A DNA stretch of 62,601 nt, filler included. It is 12 parts of 12 records of this genome, joined end to end, with 100 filler letters (N's around TTAATTAATTAA, not from the genome) between each part and the next. Parts side by side here need not be neighbours in the genome. Positions count along the whole stretch, not along the records: positions 9,619 to 15,670 come from SRR7504441_15788; positions 15,771 to 20,546 come from SRR7504441_15795; positions 20,647 to 24,658 come from SRR7504441_15797; 9 more parts are not named here. One strand, 5' to 3'. Positions 12,701 to 24,758 of this stretch are shown here, one piece after another (the stretch's first letter is position 1; every line of letters begins with the position of its first letter). The notes below the pieces were generated by a model. That model had not been told where the DNA came from and made no database searches. It saw only the letters and a program-made list of their open reading frames with translations. A program made the position numbers and the translations under genes.

Positions 12701-12751
12701 CAGCTGGCGCTCAAGGCCGGCGGCCCGGGCGGCTTCGGAGCCTGATGACAT
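9735..12751 (-). CDS. Long coiled-coil protein with a C-terminal PWWP-like domain (one intron, 11922-11959)
   Basis: ORFs 11939-13078 and 9735-11933 join through a GTGAG...CTGATTGGTGGTGCAG intron. E/Q/A/R-rich heptads with periodic Trp. C-terminal GQVVWAKQVSRWWPARVV...VWVVWLGSGNRSKI. Confidence 0.75.
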
Positions 12752-12824
12752 CAAATCGTATCCGGACGTTTTGCAGTAACGGATCGATCGACAGAGCCGC
12801 CAGCACACGGCACCCCCACCAGGC

Positions 12825-15670
12825 ATGGCTGCCGAGTCTGTGGGCGTGTCGGTGGTATGCCGGTGAACTGTGTGGGCCGCTGGTGTACTCAGCCGCTGAT
12901 GTGCAGCTTCCGGCCGCTCAACGCGATCGAAGCCACCGAGGCAGTGGAGCCGCCGTTCGAAATCTTGTCCAAGGCGGTGCACGACCGGCGCAAGCGGGTG
13001 TCCTACACGCTGTTCGACAAGATCCTGGGTGGCCGGGCTGGCTGGGCCGGGCTGACCGCCTGCAGCCGAGCAGTCCACTCAGGAGACCACATACCGCGAG
13101 GTGGCCGCCAAGTGCGTAGCCAACACGCTGGACGGGTTCAACTCAGGCGGCGCCCGGCCGCGCCCGCCCGCGATCCGGGGGCTGCAGGGCTGTTCGCCTA
13201 CGGCCAGTCCGGTGGTGGTAAGTCCTACTCGCTGCTAGGGCCGGAGACCCAGGACGATGGCTTCCGGGGGCCGCACAGAGGGATCATCCCGCGGGCGATG
13301 GAAGACCTTTTTGCCCAGGCGGACGCCCAGGCGGCAGAGATTGAAACAACGGTGCCGGCGGCGGGCCGAGTGGCTGTTGACTGTGCGGGCAGATCCGGGT
13401 GTCGTTCTTTGAGCTCTATCTAAACAACATCTACGATCTGATGCTGCAGGACGACGCCTTCTACCAGTGCGCAGCCCAGCTGCTGCAGACCGACCGACCG
13501 CAGGCCGGACGAGAACGGGATGGTCGGGTGCACCGAGCGGCTGCCGGGAAGGGAGGACAGGCATCTGCAGATGCTGCAGACCAACAAGGCAAGCTGCGGC
13601 CAGGCTCGACTGATGGTCTGGCCAGTGCAAGGTGGCAGAGGACGCGATCGGTGTTCTGTTCTTCTGTAGCAAGCGGCGGAGTGCGCCTGCAGCCGCTTGC
13701 TGCGCCGAGCCCAGCGCAGGGTTCCACGCCATGCCCGCCAACCCGGTCTCCTCTCGCTCGCACGCCATTTTCCGCGTTCAGGTGCTGGGAGCTCCCGCTA
13801 GGCGGTGCTGAGTGCCTGGCTGCAGGTGGAGCGCACCGCCAAGAAGGACGGCTCGCGCACCGTGTCGTACATGTATTTCGCCGACTTGATGGGCTCGGAA
13901 GCGCTGGCGACAGAGTATGCCCAGCTGGACGAGACTGCGCGGGTCAACGAGGTGGCTAGACTGTCGGTCGATCTGAACTGGCAGCAGGACTTGCTCACCC
14001 TAGGCCGGACGATCATCATGCTCTCGGACAAGAAGTCAATCGACGAGGAAGTGGCCCTCCCGATTCGCGAGTCGACGCTGACCTGGATCCTGCGGTCGGT
14101 GCTCGGCGGAGACAGCATCACAAGCGTGCTCATCACCTGCTCACCACACGCTCGGCAGTACAAGGCCACCGAGAACACGCTGCAGTTCGGCGAGCGGTGC
14201 AAGGGGGTCAAGCTCAAGGTCTCCCGGCAGGTGCGACCGGCTCCAGTGGCTAGGGTTGACCGAGGGGTGCAGATGAAACGAATGACTGCTGCCCAGCTCG
14301 AGGTGCTGGTTCTTAAGCTGAGGAACCAGATTACGCAGCTCAACCAGCAGAACGAGCGACTCGGGCATGGCCACGTGAAACTGCAGAGCAAGGCGAGCGC
14401 GCAGGGTGTCGTCTGTTGATGCTGCTGCCAGGTGAACGACCTCTCAGGGCTCCTGAGGACCAGCAGCACAGAGCTCAAGCACTTTGAGAACCAGCATGGG
14501 TCGATCTCTCGCGAGCTAGAAGAGACTAAGGTGACTCCACAGTAGGTCCACTATGGCTTATCGGGCGGTCACCAGACCAAGCTGCAAGAGACGCAGCAGT
14601 TGCAGTTTGTAGCAGTCCGAGAGCACGAGACCAAGTCAGATGTGCTGCAGCAATCACTGGACGGTGAGAAGAAACGGGCGGCTCAGCTCGAGGTGGAGCA
14701 GCTGCACTTGATGGGTTACGCTATTGCAGCTGAAGACGAGCACCAGTGGTAGCTACTCTAGGGTTGAACTATTGTGTCACTGTTAGGGCGTGCAGGAATG
14801 AAAAGATAACAGGCATCATGGATCGGATGAAGAATCGACACGACCAGCTGGAACTAGGCCCAGAAGAGGACAAGGCCCTCTCAGAGGCCGAGAAGACTTT
14901 TGAGCAGCACTGCAGACAACTCGTCTCAGCACGTCAGGACGCTGAAGCCCAGATTGCGGACCTTCAGCTGCAGTTGGCCGCAGCTCAGGCCCAGTGCGGC
15001 GAGGTAGACTCAAAACTCAACCTTCGGTCTTTGGAGCTAGTGGCGACCAAGACTCGGATGGGGTGACAGGCCTTCAAACACCTGACAAGCTTCTAACCCT
15101 GCCCTGTTTGCGATTGTTCAGGCTCACCAGGTCAGCAAAAGCAAAACTTGCGACTGAAAATGCTGCTTTGACCGAGCAATTGACAGCAGCCTCACGGGAC
15201 GCCAAGCTCCTGCCTCAAATCGAAGCTCAGCTGGAGCAAGCTAATTCGAGAGAAAATAAAGCCCTAGAGGCACTGCACCAGGCCAAAGTGCAAATACAGG
15301 TGAACCCATTGTAATAGTAGCTTTTGCATCACACATTCCCTCACCAGATTAGTATCGTCAACCATATCAAGTCGAGGATAGTGGAGGTGAAATTCTAAAG
15401 TTGTATGTTTTGTGTCAGGAGCTTGAGCATAAGCTATCAAACGAGGGCCTGCTTGAGTGCAGCTCTGCATTGGTTGAGGTGGCTACACGGGATCATCCTC
15501 TTAACCAGGTGCCAGTCGCTTATATGTGGAGAAGTCTATTGCTGAGCATGTGTTTGGGCTCTAGACATTTTCTGTGTTGGCGGAGGACCTTGGAGCGATA
15601 GAAGGAGAGCTGCGAAGCCAGGTTTGCTGGCTGTCGCTGGTGGCGTGCGATTCTGATTGGTGTGATGCTC
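12825..15670 (+). CDS. Kinesin motor protein (N-terminal motor plus coiled-coil stalk), intron-rich, 3'-truncated
   Basis: Spliced VVCRFRPLN, P-loop LFAYGQSGGGKSYS, VSFFELY, switch I SSRSHAIF, switch II FADLMGSE, PIRESTLTWILRSVLGG, TLQFGERCK. Confidence 0.9.
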
Positions 15671-15849
15671 NNNNNNNNNNNNNNNNNNNNNNNNNNNNNN
15701 NNNNNNNNNNNNNNTTAATTAATTAANNNNNNNNNNNNNNNNNNNNNNNNNNNNNNNNNNNNNNNNNNNNCAAACCAAGGTCCCAAGTTGTTGTCAATGG
15801 CACCGTGACCTACTCGACTCTACGCTTCACGAGAACATCAGGCGGTGCG

Positions 15850-18800
15850 ATGGGGAGGAAGCGGCGGCTGGTGGTGACACTCAGTTCCAGCGGGGACGAC
15901 TCGGGCCCCGAGCCGGACGCGTCGGCACAACCGGCCGGCCGCTCGGCCCAGGCCCCGATGATCATCTCGAGCGACGAAGACGAGCCCAAGGACAAGTCGG
16001 CGCCGGCTGTGGTCTCGGAGCCCGAGGAGCAGACGACGCGGCGGGAGACCCGTAGCGCCCGGCCGCGGAAGCGGCTGCGGCGGAAGGTGACGATCACCGA
16101 TGCTCCCCCGGTGGTTCTGGTGGATGCGCCCGGGCTGGGGCAAGTGGCGGTGCCGGCCCGGCTGGCCAGCTGGCTGCGTCCGCATCAGCTGGAGGGGGTC
16201 CGGTTTATCTGGCGAACAGTGATTTGGGACGAGGCAACAGACAGGCTCCGGCCGCATGAGGCCTCCAATGGCTGCGTGCTGGCCCACTGCATGGGGCTCG
16301 GTAAGACAATTCAGCTGATCGCGCTGTCCGCCGCGGTGATCGGGGCGCCGGCGCTCGGGCTGGCACGGCTGATGGTGCTGGCGCCGGTGAACACGCTCCA
16401 GAATTGGAAGCGCGAGGTGCAGAAATGGGCTGGGCAGGATGCAGAGCCGCTGTTCCCTGTGTTTTGTATGGACGATACTGGCCCGTCCAATACTAAGCGG
16501 GCTGCGCTGCTAAAGGACTGGCAGGCAGCGGGTGGGATGTTGTTAATAGGATATGAGGGATTTAGAAACATGGTGAACGGCAAGTCTGTCCGGAGCCAGG
16601 AGCACGCCGAGCTGTTCCGGCAGGCGCTCCTGGAGGGTGCTGACATGATGGCGTGTGATGAGGCCCACATATTGAAAAACAGCGAGTCTGCATTGAGCAA
16701 GGCAGTGCAACAGGTGGCATGTACGCGGCGGGTGCTGCTCACTGGCACTCCGATGCAGAATAATCTGATGGAGTACCACACCATGGTCGAGCTGATCAGA
16801 CCCGGCCTGCTCGGAAGTAAATCTGAATTCGATAAAATATTTGTCCAACCTATCCGAGCCGGCCAGTGCAAGGACTCGTCAGCGGAGCAGGTGAATAAGA
16901 TGAAGCAAGTGGCCCACGTGCTACACCGCAAGCTGGCCCCCATAGTGCACAGGAAGGACTACAACGTGCTGGCTGAGATGTTGCCTCAGAAACACGAGTA
17001 TGTGATCTCAGTTAGACTTACGCCGCTGCAAGTGCAGCTCTACAGGGCATACCTGAGCTCCCAGCTGGCTAACGCGGCCCGCACCAGCGGGGCGGGGGTC
17101 TTTGGGGCCTACCATGAGCTGGCAAGGGTGTGGACTCACCCTTGCCTGCTAGAAGGGCTCGAGAAACAGGAGCGGGATAAGAGGGCGTACGACAGCATTG
17201 ACGACTTCGTTGTCGACTCTAGCGACGAGGAATGGGACGGGAAGCTCCGGCCGGGGCAGAGTGCGGTGGATCGTGGAGACGGGAAGAAGAAGCCGGCTGC
17301 AGCCAAGAAGGAGGGCTGGTGGGGTGGGTTGTTGGAGGAAGTCGGGTTGCATTCGGGACTGGACCAAGTCAGTGGCAAGCTGGTGATTCTGCTCATGCTG
17401 TTGGATGAGGTGGCCAAGACCGGGGATAAGATGCTGGTCTTTTCACAGAGCATAGACGTTTTGGAGGCGATTGAGCAAGTGCTCGAGAGTGACATAGGCG
17501 GACGATGGCAGCTAGGCCGGGACTATTTTAGAATCGACGGGAGCACGAGCACCAAGGTCCGTCAAGGCTGGGTGGAGAGATTCAACGACAAAATGAACGC
17601 CAGGGCCCGGCTGTTTCTAGTCTCAACCAAGGCCGGAGCGTTGGGGATTAATCTGGTCGGGGCAAACCGGGTGTGCTTGTTTGATGCCGCTTGGAATCCG
17701 AGCTACGACTTGCAGGCGATATTCCGAGCGTACCGTCTCACCCAGACCAAACCGGTCTACGTCTACCGGCTGCTAGCGCAAGGCACCATGGAGGAGAAGA
17801 TATACGAACGGCAGGTGACCAAACAGGCGCTCGCCTCGCGCGTTGTGGACCACGAGCAAAAGGTGCGCAGCTACACCACTGCCGAGCTGGCCGAACTATT
17901 CTCTTTCGATCCGCAGACCAATCCCAGCCAACCAGGCGCGGCAGGCGCAGCCGGGCTAGCTGGGTATGAGACGAGCGGGCCACCGGCTGATCGGGTGCTT
18001 GCGCGTGTTTTGCTGCAGCTGTCGCCTCGCTGGATATGTGGGTACCACCAGCACGATTCGCTGCTCCAAGAGGACGAGGAGGCCCACCTGTCCGAGGAGG
18101 AGCAACAGGCAGCCTGGCAACGGTTTGAGCACGAGCTGCAGAGAGAGCAACAGGCTGCCGACCATCTGAGACAAGAGCTGGAACGGCAACAGGCCGAACG
18201 ACAGGCAGCGGCCAAGCGAAGGGAGGAGGCGAGCAGGAATCCACCTCAACATCAGGCGTTTGTTGGGCCTGCTGCGACTCTGTTCAAAGTCCAGCAGGCG
18301 GCGCAGCAGAATGCACAGCGGGAGAGCCTGAGGCTCGCTGCCCAGCTGCCGCCCAATCTGCTCGGCCATCTCGGCAAGAGGGTGGAGCTCAAAGGGCTGA
18401 CCAAGGATACAACACTCAACGGACAGCATGGCACGATTGTGTCCTTCGATGTAGAGACCAGTCGATGGTCAGTCATGCTCGATTCTCAGCCCAAACGGAG
18501 TTTCCGACTTAAAGGGGAGAACCTGCAGGTGATGATGGAGCAGCAAGGGTCTGCCAGCCAGCAGGCCTGGAGCCGGACCTGTCAACAGCAAGGAAGGAGC
18601 TACTCGAGTGCAGTCGACCCAAGCAGGGCCTACGTGCAGTCCGCCACCTGGGAGCAGCAGGCGGCTCAGATGAGAGCACAGATGGAGGCGGCGGCTCAGG
18701 CCCGAGCGCGAGCGGCGGCGCAGCAGCGAGCGGCGGCCGGCTGGCGGCAGCAGGTACGGGCTTGCGAGATGCTAGGGTTGGCAGGACTACCCGGCTCGGT

Positions 18801-18942
18801 ATCGCAACTCAAAGAGGCGTTCAAGGCGGCGGCGAAGCGGACGCATCCGGATAGGAACATCGGAGACCCCGAGGCTGAGGCCAATTTCAAGAATGTCAAC
18901 GAGGCATACACCCAGCTGAAGTTGCTTTTCATGGCCAAATGA
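15850..18942 (+). CDS. SNF2-family helicase (ATRX/RAD54L2-like) with a C-terminal J-domain; intronless
   Basis: LRPHQLEGVRFIW, GCVLAHCMGLGKT, CDEAH, LLTGTPMQNNLMEY, STKAGALGINLVGANRV, WNPSYDLQAIFRAYR. C-terminal AAKRTHPDRNIGDPEAEANFKNVNEAY. Confidence 0.92.
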   Translation: MGRKRRLVVTLSSSGDDSGPEPDASAQPAGRSAQAPMIISSDEDEPKDKSAPAVVSEPEEQTTRRETRSARPRKRLRRKVTITDAPPVVLVDAPGLGQVAVPARLASWLRPHQLEGVRFIWRTVIWDEATDRLRPHEASNGCVLAHCMGLGKTIQLIALSAAVIGAPALGLARLMVLAPVNTLQNWKREVQKWAGQDAEPLFPVFCMDDTGPSNTKRAALLKDWQAAGGMLLIGYEGFRNMVNGKSVRSQEHAELFRQALLEGADMMACDEAHILKNSESALSKAVQQVACTRRVLLTGTPMQNNLMEYHTMVELIRPGLLGSKSEFDKIFVQPIRAGQCKDSSAEQVNKMKQVAHVLHRKLAPIVHRKDYNVLAEMLPQKHEYVISVRLTPLQVQLYRAYLSSQLANAARTSGAGVFGAYHELARVWTHPCLLEGLEKQERDKRAYDSIDDFVVDSSDEEWDGKLRPGQSAVDRGDGKKKPAAAKKEGWWGGLLEEVGLHSGLDQVSGKLVILLMLLDEVAKTGDKMLVFSQSIDVLEAIEQVLESDIGGRWQLGRDYFRIDGSTSTKVRQGWVERFNDKMNARARLFLVSTKAGALGINLVGANRVCLFDAAWNPSYDLQAIFRAYRLTQTKPVYVYRLLAQGTMEEKIYERQVTKQALASRVVDHEQKVRSYTTAELAELFSFDPQTNPSQPGAAGAAGLAGYETSGPPADRVLARVLLQLSPRWICGYHQHDSLLQEDEEAHLSEEEQQAAWQRFEHELQREQQAADHLRQELERQQAERQAAAKRREEASRNPPQHQAFVGPAATLFKVQQAAQQNAQRESLRLAAQLPPNLLGHLGKRVELKGLTKDTTLNGQHGTIVSFDVETSRWSVMLDSQPKRSFRLKGENLQVMMEQQGSASQQAWSRTCQQQGRSYSSAVDPSRAYVQSATWEQQAAQMRAQMEAAAQARARAAAQQRAAAGWRQQVRACEMLGLAGLPGSVSQLKEAFKAAAKRTHPDRNIGDPEAEANFKNVNEAYTQLKLLFMAK

Positions 18943-19444
18943 GGCATACAACAAGGCACGCCAGTACTAAGGTTGCTAAGTAGCCTGCACTTACAAGCAG
19001 CTACACACTTACAGGCGTGCTCGTTCTCTGTGTGTGCGTACAACTGAAGTACGAGTAGTCAACCTAGAACAGGCACTGCAGCTGATAGAGGATAGTGAGC
19101 ACTCGGGCTGGGGAGTCTGAGACGGGACCGGTGCCACTCACTATGACCGAAGGGCAAGAGCTCGAGGTGGATGTCAAGTTTTCGAATGATAGCGTGCTCT
19201 TGTGCTTTGGTACGTATTCGTAAGATGCATTTGTGCGCAATGGATGACAACTAAGCATAAACTAAACATGCTACAATCATGTACTTAAGCATAAATTAAA
19301 GAGGGGAGAGTCCGTTGCACATGGAGCTGAGGCAGGGGTGGCGATTGGGGCGGGAGGGGTCTCCTCCCGGCGATCTGTCAGCCGGATTAGACGCGTTGCT
19401 TCGTATTCAATAAACGACTTTAATTAACTCTCTTGACTTTCTTT

Positions 19445-20440
19445 TTAATTCACAATACAATTAAAACATCGTGAGTCTCCCTTATTCGAAGCCCGCGTTA
19501 CCTTAGGTTTGACAAGCCCGCCGGTTTCCCCCCTATCAGCCGCCGTCAGCAGCTGCTGCTCCTGTTGATACAATAGCCCACGGACCATCCCCCGCACCGC
19601 CACGTCAGGGTCACAGGGCTCCTCCGGCCTAGAACCAGTCGGACTCAACTGACTCTCTGGAAACTTATGCTCCATGAACATCACAGCAGTCCGGCCCCGG
19701 TGCTCGGCCAACGACACGTCTGCCTTGCTCGCCAGGAGTAGCTCCACGAATGGCAGGCTCACGCTATGCTCGCGACAAGCCCAGTGCAGCGCCGTGTTTC
19801 CGCGTGAGTCAGAGGCATTGGCGTCGGCCGAACTGTCGAGCAGCAGCCTCGCCTTGGCCACACCCTGCACTGAGCTCGAGAGCGCGGCCAAGTGCAACGG
19901 GACTAGCCCGCTGCCGTTAGCGGCCTCCAGATCTGCCTTGCTCTCCACCAGCAATCCGACCAACCGCTCCGACCCCTGCTGCACAGCCCGATGCAGCGCC
20001 GTCACCCCCTGCCAGCGGGATTGGCCCGGCGATGGCCACGCCGCACCTTCTTATCTGCCAGATTTAAATCGCACCGGGCTCCTATCAGGTACTTTGCTGC
20101 GTCAATTGAGCCCGCCGCCTGCCCCACGGTTGGCCGCCAGGTTAGGCCGGGGGAGCACCGCGGCTGTATGCAAAGCGGTCTGGCCCGAACTATCCTGGTA
20201 GTCGACCTGGACCCCCTCCAAGACCAGCTCACCCTGTCCCCGGTGCGCAGCTGCCATGACTACCCGCACCATTCTCTCCACGGCCTGGTGCTGGTCCGCA
20301 GGAGCTGCCGCCGCCGCTCGGAGGAACCTCGCCCCGCAAACTCGCGCAGGCCGAGCCGGTGCGCACTCCTGGGCCCGCTCCTGTGCCGCTGACGCCTCTG
20401 CAGTCGGTTCCTCGGCAGCCTCGCCCGCCTCGATGAGCAT
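19445..20440 (-). CDS. Ankyrin-repeat protein
   Basis: GQTALHTAA, VTALHRAV, GLVPLHLAA, GNTALHWAC, GRTAVM repeats across short introns. Ends CIVN (CaaX-like). Confidence 0.85.
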
Positions 20441-20777
20441 TGACCGGTATTCGAGTAGACTACGCGTATTTTCAAGTACACATAATTATAGACTTACCGG
20501 TATTCGCACAAGGCATTTTTTAAAACAAGAGATTCAGGGATCGATTNNNNNNNNNNNNNNNNNNNNNNNNNNNNNNNNNNNNNNNNNNNNTTAATTAATT
20601 AANNNNNNNNNNNNNNNNNNNNNNNNNNNNNNNNNNNNNNNNNNNNGTACAAGCGAGCGTCAAGTACAAAGCAAACTTGTAAGCATGTCGAATGAAGTGT
20701 ATGCGTACAACAAGAAAGAATGGTACGATACATATCCCAATTCATTAAATTTCATTGGTTCCCGCAATTGAATTGTG

Positions 20778-22080
20778 TTATAAATCGCCTGCCAACCGTG
20801 ACGAGCCTAGTAAAGGAGGAATTGTTCTGACCGATGTCCTTGCCACCCGGTCCACACATGGCACCCGCTCGTCGCCCTGGCGCCTTCTCTCCTGGCTGCC
20901 GCGCCCTAACGCGGGCTGAGGCTGGTTATTGCTCTGATTCCTGACCACCCCAACGAGTCGCAACCGTTCCATCTCCGCGTCCGAAACGCGCTGGGTCAGG
21001 AAGTGGCACTCGCTCTCCAACAGCTGCTCCCGCGCCGACGCCTGGCAGCTGGTGGCTTGCTTGGTGAGGCAGTGCGAGAGTTGCGCGACCGCCGCCACCA
21101 CAGGTCGGCATTGCTCCTGTGCAGAACCGGGCAGAGCCAGGATTGGGCCAAGCATCTCGGCACAGATGGCCAGGCACTCGCGACGTGCTCCATCGCTCAG
21201 CGGCCGCCGCTGCCCAGCCCGTCATCTCGATTCGGCCGGCCGCTCACCTGGCTGAGACAGTCGCATCGCCAGCGGAAAAAGCAGCGCATCAATAGCAGCT
21301 CTAGGCATTGCCCCCCGGCCGGCCTGCCCTGCTGAAGTTGCCGGATCGTCGCGTCCTGGCCAGACGGTCAACCATCCGGCTGGGTGCAATCGCCTTGAGT
21401 TCGAGCTGCAGCTTGGCCTCAGCCAGCAGCGCACCCAACTGCTTCAGCCTGTGTCTATGCGGCACGCTTACCGTCATCATGTTCCGCCGCATTTGCCCCA
21501 GCGCCCACCCCAACTACCCCCCTGCTCTCGCGGCCGGCCCACCCGGCTCCGCTGCCTGCATCCGGCCGTTCACTCTCGCCCTCAGACTCATCAGCCGGGC
21601 CGCTTGCCGATCGGCCGGCCGGCGTCGCTCGCCAGCCCGCTGGCGCCACACCCGGAGCGCACGCTCGGCTGCTAAATCCGAGCACTGCTGCTGGCCCCGA
21701 GAGCGAGCTCCTAGCATGGCCGAAGCGGCGGCCACGCATCGGCGGAGGCAGGCCTGTCCGGTGTCGGCCGGGCAAACGGGCGGGGTTACTTCAAATTGGG
21801 TCTGGTCGAGCCGGCCGCGGCTGCTTTCTAGGTCAAATACCACCTGACGGGGCTGGCCAGCGCTGATGCGGGCCGGTGGTCACCCGCACTGTGGGCTGAG
21901 AAAGCAGCTGGGGACTCAGCTCGAGCTCCTGGCTGAATCGCACGAATCCGGCCCAGTCGACCAGCCCAGCCCGACTGTATCGCTGGAATAACTGCCCGCC
22001 GCTGAATTCCACCGCGCGCAGCCTAGCCTCACCTCACTGACCGAACTCTCCTCCCCGAGCACCCGTCGGAGAGCCGCCAT
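20778..22080 (-). CDS. Hypothetical protein (multi-exon, function unknown)
   Basis: GC-rich coding-like minus-strand segments separated by intron-like GT..CAG stretches, between AT-rich intergenic regions. No recognisable motif. Confidence 0.4.
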
Positions 22081-22268
22081 GGAGCCCGAGGTTTGGAAGC
22101 CGCGGATGTGAAGGTTGCGACTATTCAGACTACCAACAATACCAAGCACCGTAGCCTACTGATTGTACAGGAACTATTCGTACTTAGGTTGCCTATTCAT
22201 CAAAAACATGTAGCACCACCTCAAGCACCGAGCCCGCTTACGATATCAAACCTTGTACATCGAGCGCT

Positions 22269-23375
22269 TCAATCGGGCGAGCTTGGCACTAGCAGCGCCT
22301 CAAAGTCTGCCTTTAGCGCCTTTTCGTCTAGGTCTGCCCCGATCAGCACAAGCTTGGAGCCGGTCGGCGGCTCCTCGGATGCGACCGTCTCGAACGGGTT
22401 TGTCCGGCTCCCGACTAGGTGGAAGATCACCGTCCGTGGGACTCCCGCAAACCAGACCATCCCCTTGGCCCGCACCACCCCAGCCGTCAGCCGATTGGCG
22501 ATATACTCCTCGAACCGCTCCGGGCAGAATGGCTGAGCCGCCTCGAACACAACTGCCTCAATCCCACTATGAACAGGTTGCTTGCCCGGTGCAGGCCCCG
22601 GCCCGGCGCTGGGCTGGCGCTGATGATCGAGCACCAGCGAGACCGGAACTTCGCCCTGCCGCATCCGGGTGATGTGCACCGGCGCCGGGTGCAGCTGTCG
22701 GATCAGCCGCTCGGTCTGGTCTATCTCGATTGGCGAGGCCAGATCGACCTTGCTGAGCAGCACCAGGTCGCACCCCTGCAGCTGGGCCCGGACTAGCGCC
22801 GGGAACCGAGCTAGGGCGTGCTTGAAGTTGAGAGGGTCGGCCACGAGCACCTGACGCCCGATCAGCGCCGGCGAGCGGTCGGGCCACCAGGGCGTGGATG
22901 TGGGTGCGGAAGGCCAGGTCGGTGGAGGCGAAGCTCTCGAGCACGGGGGCGGGGTCGGCCACCCCGGTGGTCTCGATGAAGATGTGGTCCACCCCGCCCT
23001 TATCGAGCACCCGGCCGACGTTGGCCACCAAATCTCGGTTGATCGTGCAGCACACGCAGCCGTCGTCCAGCGTGATGATGTCGGTGTCGTCCACCCGCCG
23101 GCGCATCAGCACATCCCCGTCCACGTCCACCGCCCCGAGCTCATTCACGAACACCTGCCCGCGCTCCCCCACTCGCCTCCGCGGGGCGGCACCGCGATCC
23201 GGAGCTCTCCCTTGTGCTTGAGCAGGCTGTTCAGCAAGGTGGTCTTGCCGGCCCCGAGGAACCCGGTGAGCACCGTCACTCCAATCCCGGGCCGCCCGTC
23301 TACTGGACGGTCGGTCTCCGGGCGCGGGCGCTTGTTGGGGCGCCGCGTGGATACTGGAGTGATTGCAGTGGGCAT
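22269..23375 (-). CDS. CobW/COG0523 (ZNG1-like) zinc metallochaperone GTPase, 2 introns
   Basis: VTVLTGFLGAGKTTLLN, VNELGAVDVDG, GCVCCT (CxCC), IETTGVADPAP, C-terminal VVRAKGMVWF...SKLVLIG. Confidence 0.93.
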
Positions 23376-23599
23376 GCCCCTCTCGACCCCCTGGTTCGGG
23401 CCGAGCTCCAACGGACAGACAGCGTGCTTTTGTGCTTGGCTGCTTGCTGCGTGCATACTGTACGCAGTACGTACATAGATCTTTGTTAGTGTAGAAGTAG
23501 GACATTCGGATTTAGAAAACTCTAGATTTATATTCTGAATCTTATCCTCAAAAGAGTATAAAAAGAGTAGAGGCTTGCCTTAATTCACAAACTCACTTG

Positions 23600-24658
23600 A
23601 ATCTCCCGTAGCCAAAATGTGGATATTCATCTGCAACAACTCAATATGTCAGAGTGGCAGTCTGATATTGGCAATGTCCACCGGTGCCGCCATGCTGCCT
23701 CAAAAGCTCAGTCATCGCTGTGTGCCCTTGGAATGTTGCATAATACAACGGAGTTCTGCGAGCGCTTGCTCCTCCAAATCTGAACACTTCAGGTGCCTGC
23801 GCCCCAGCCGCATCAGCACCCACTGCACTCCTACCCAGCACACATAATTCTTTGCATTCACGTCCGCCCCATGCTCCAACAGAACCTCAGCCACCGCTGT
23901 GTGCCCAGCCCCAGCCGCGTAGTGCAGTGGCGTGTTCCCAAGCTGCCCCCCGCCATCAAGCACCACACTGCAACTCCCATCGAGCGCTCACCGCGTTTGG
24001 TCCAGCGTAAACATTCAAGTCCGCCCCATACCCCACTAGAACCTCGGCAATAGCTGCGTTTCCCCTTCCGGCTGCAATGTGCAGTGCAGTTTTGCCAGCA
24101 AACTGCTTGGCATTGACGGGCGCCCGGTGCTGCAGCAGGAACTCGACCACCGCTGTTTGCCCGTGATAGGCCGCGGTATGCAGTGGAGTGCGCGCCCCCG
24201 CCGAGGCCTCGTTCAGTCTGTCCGGTGCATACCGCATCACTAACTTCATCTTCAACAGGTCGCCGTCCATTGCTGCCCTCCATACTGGAATGTACAATGC
24301 CTGCATTTCTTCTATGCTCTGGCCGCCCGTCCCCTCCACTACCAGCCTCGCCCCCTGCCGACCGCAGTCAGTTCCCTCTACCCCCTCCCAAACGCGCCGT
24401 TCGGATGGCTTGACTCTCCAGCGTGGCTCCCATCTCCAGCAGCGCAGTCCCCGAAAACACCAGCTGAAGTCTCTCCTCCGGCAGCTCCCACTGCAATCCC
24501 CCCAGCTGCGTTGCCGTCTTCCTCCGCAGCGCCCCCACGCTCTCGAGCGCCCGGACCTGCAGCTCCAGTGGCGCCCCCAGCCCAGCGTCCAGCTCCAGAT
24601 CCAGCAGCTCGGACTGCTGGAAACGCTGCTCCCGGGCGATCCGCTCCAGGTCGGCCTC
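23600..24658 (-). CDS. Ankyrin-repeat protein, 5'-truncated; 3' end approximate
   Basis: RTPLHTAAYHG, KTALHIAAGRG, NTPLHYAAGAG, RTPLYYATFQG, separated by short introns. Confidence 0.8.
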
Positions 24659-24758
24659 NNNNNNNNNNNNNNNNNNNNNNNNNNNNNNNNNNNNNNNNNN
24701 NNTTAATTAATTAANNNNNNNNNNNNNNNNNNNNNNNNNNNNNNNNNNNNNNNNNNNN

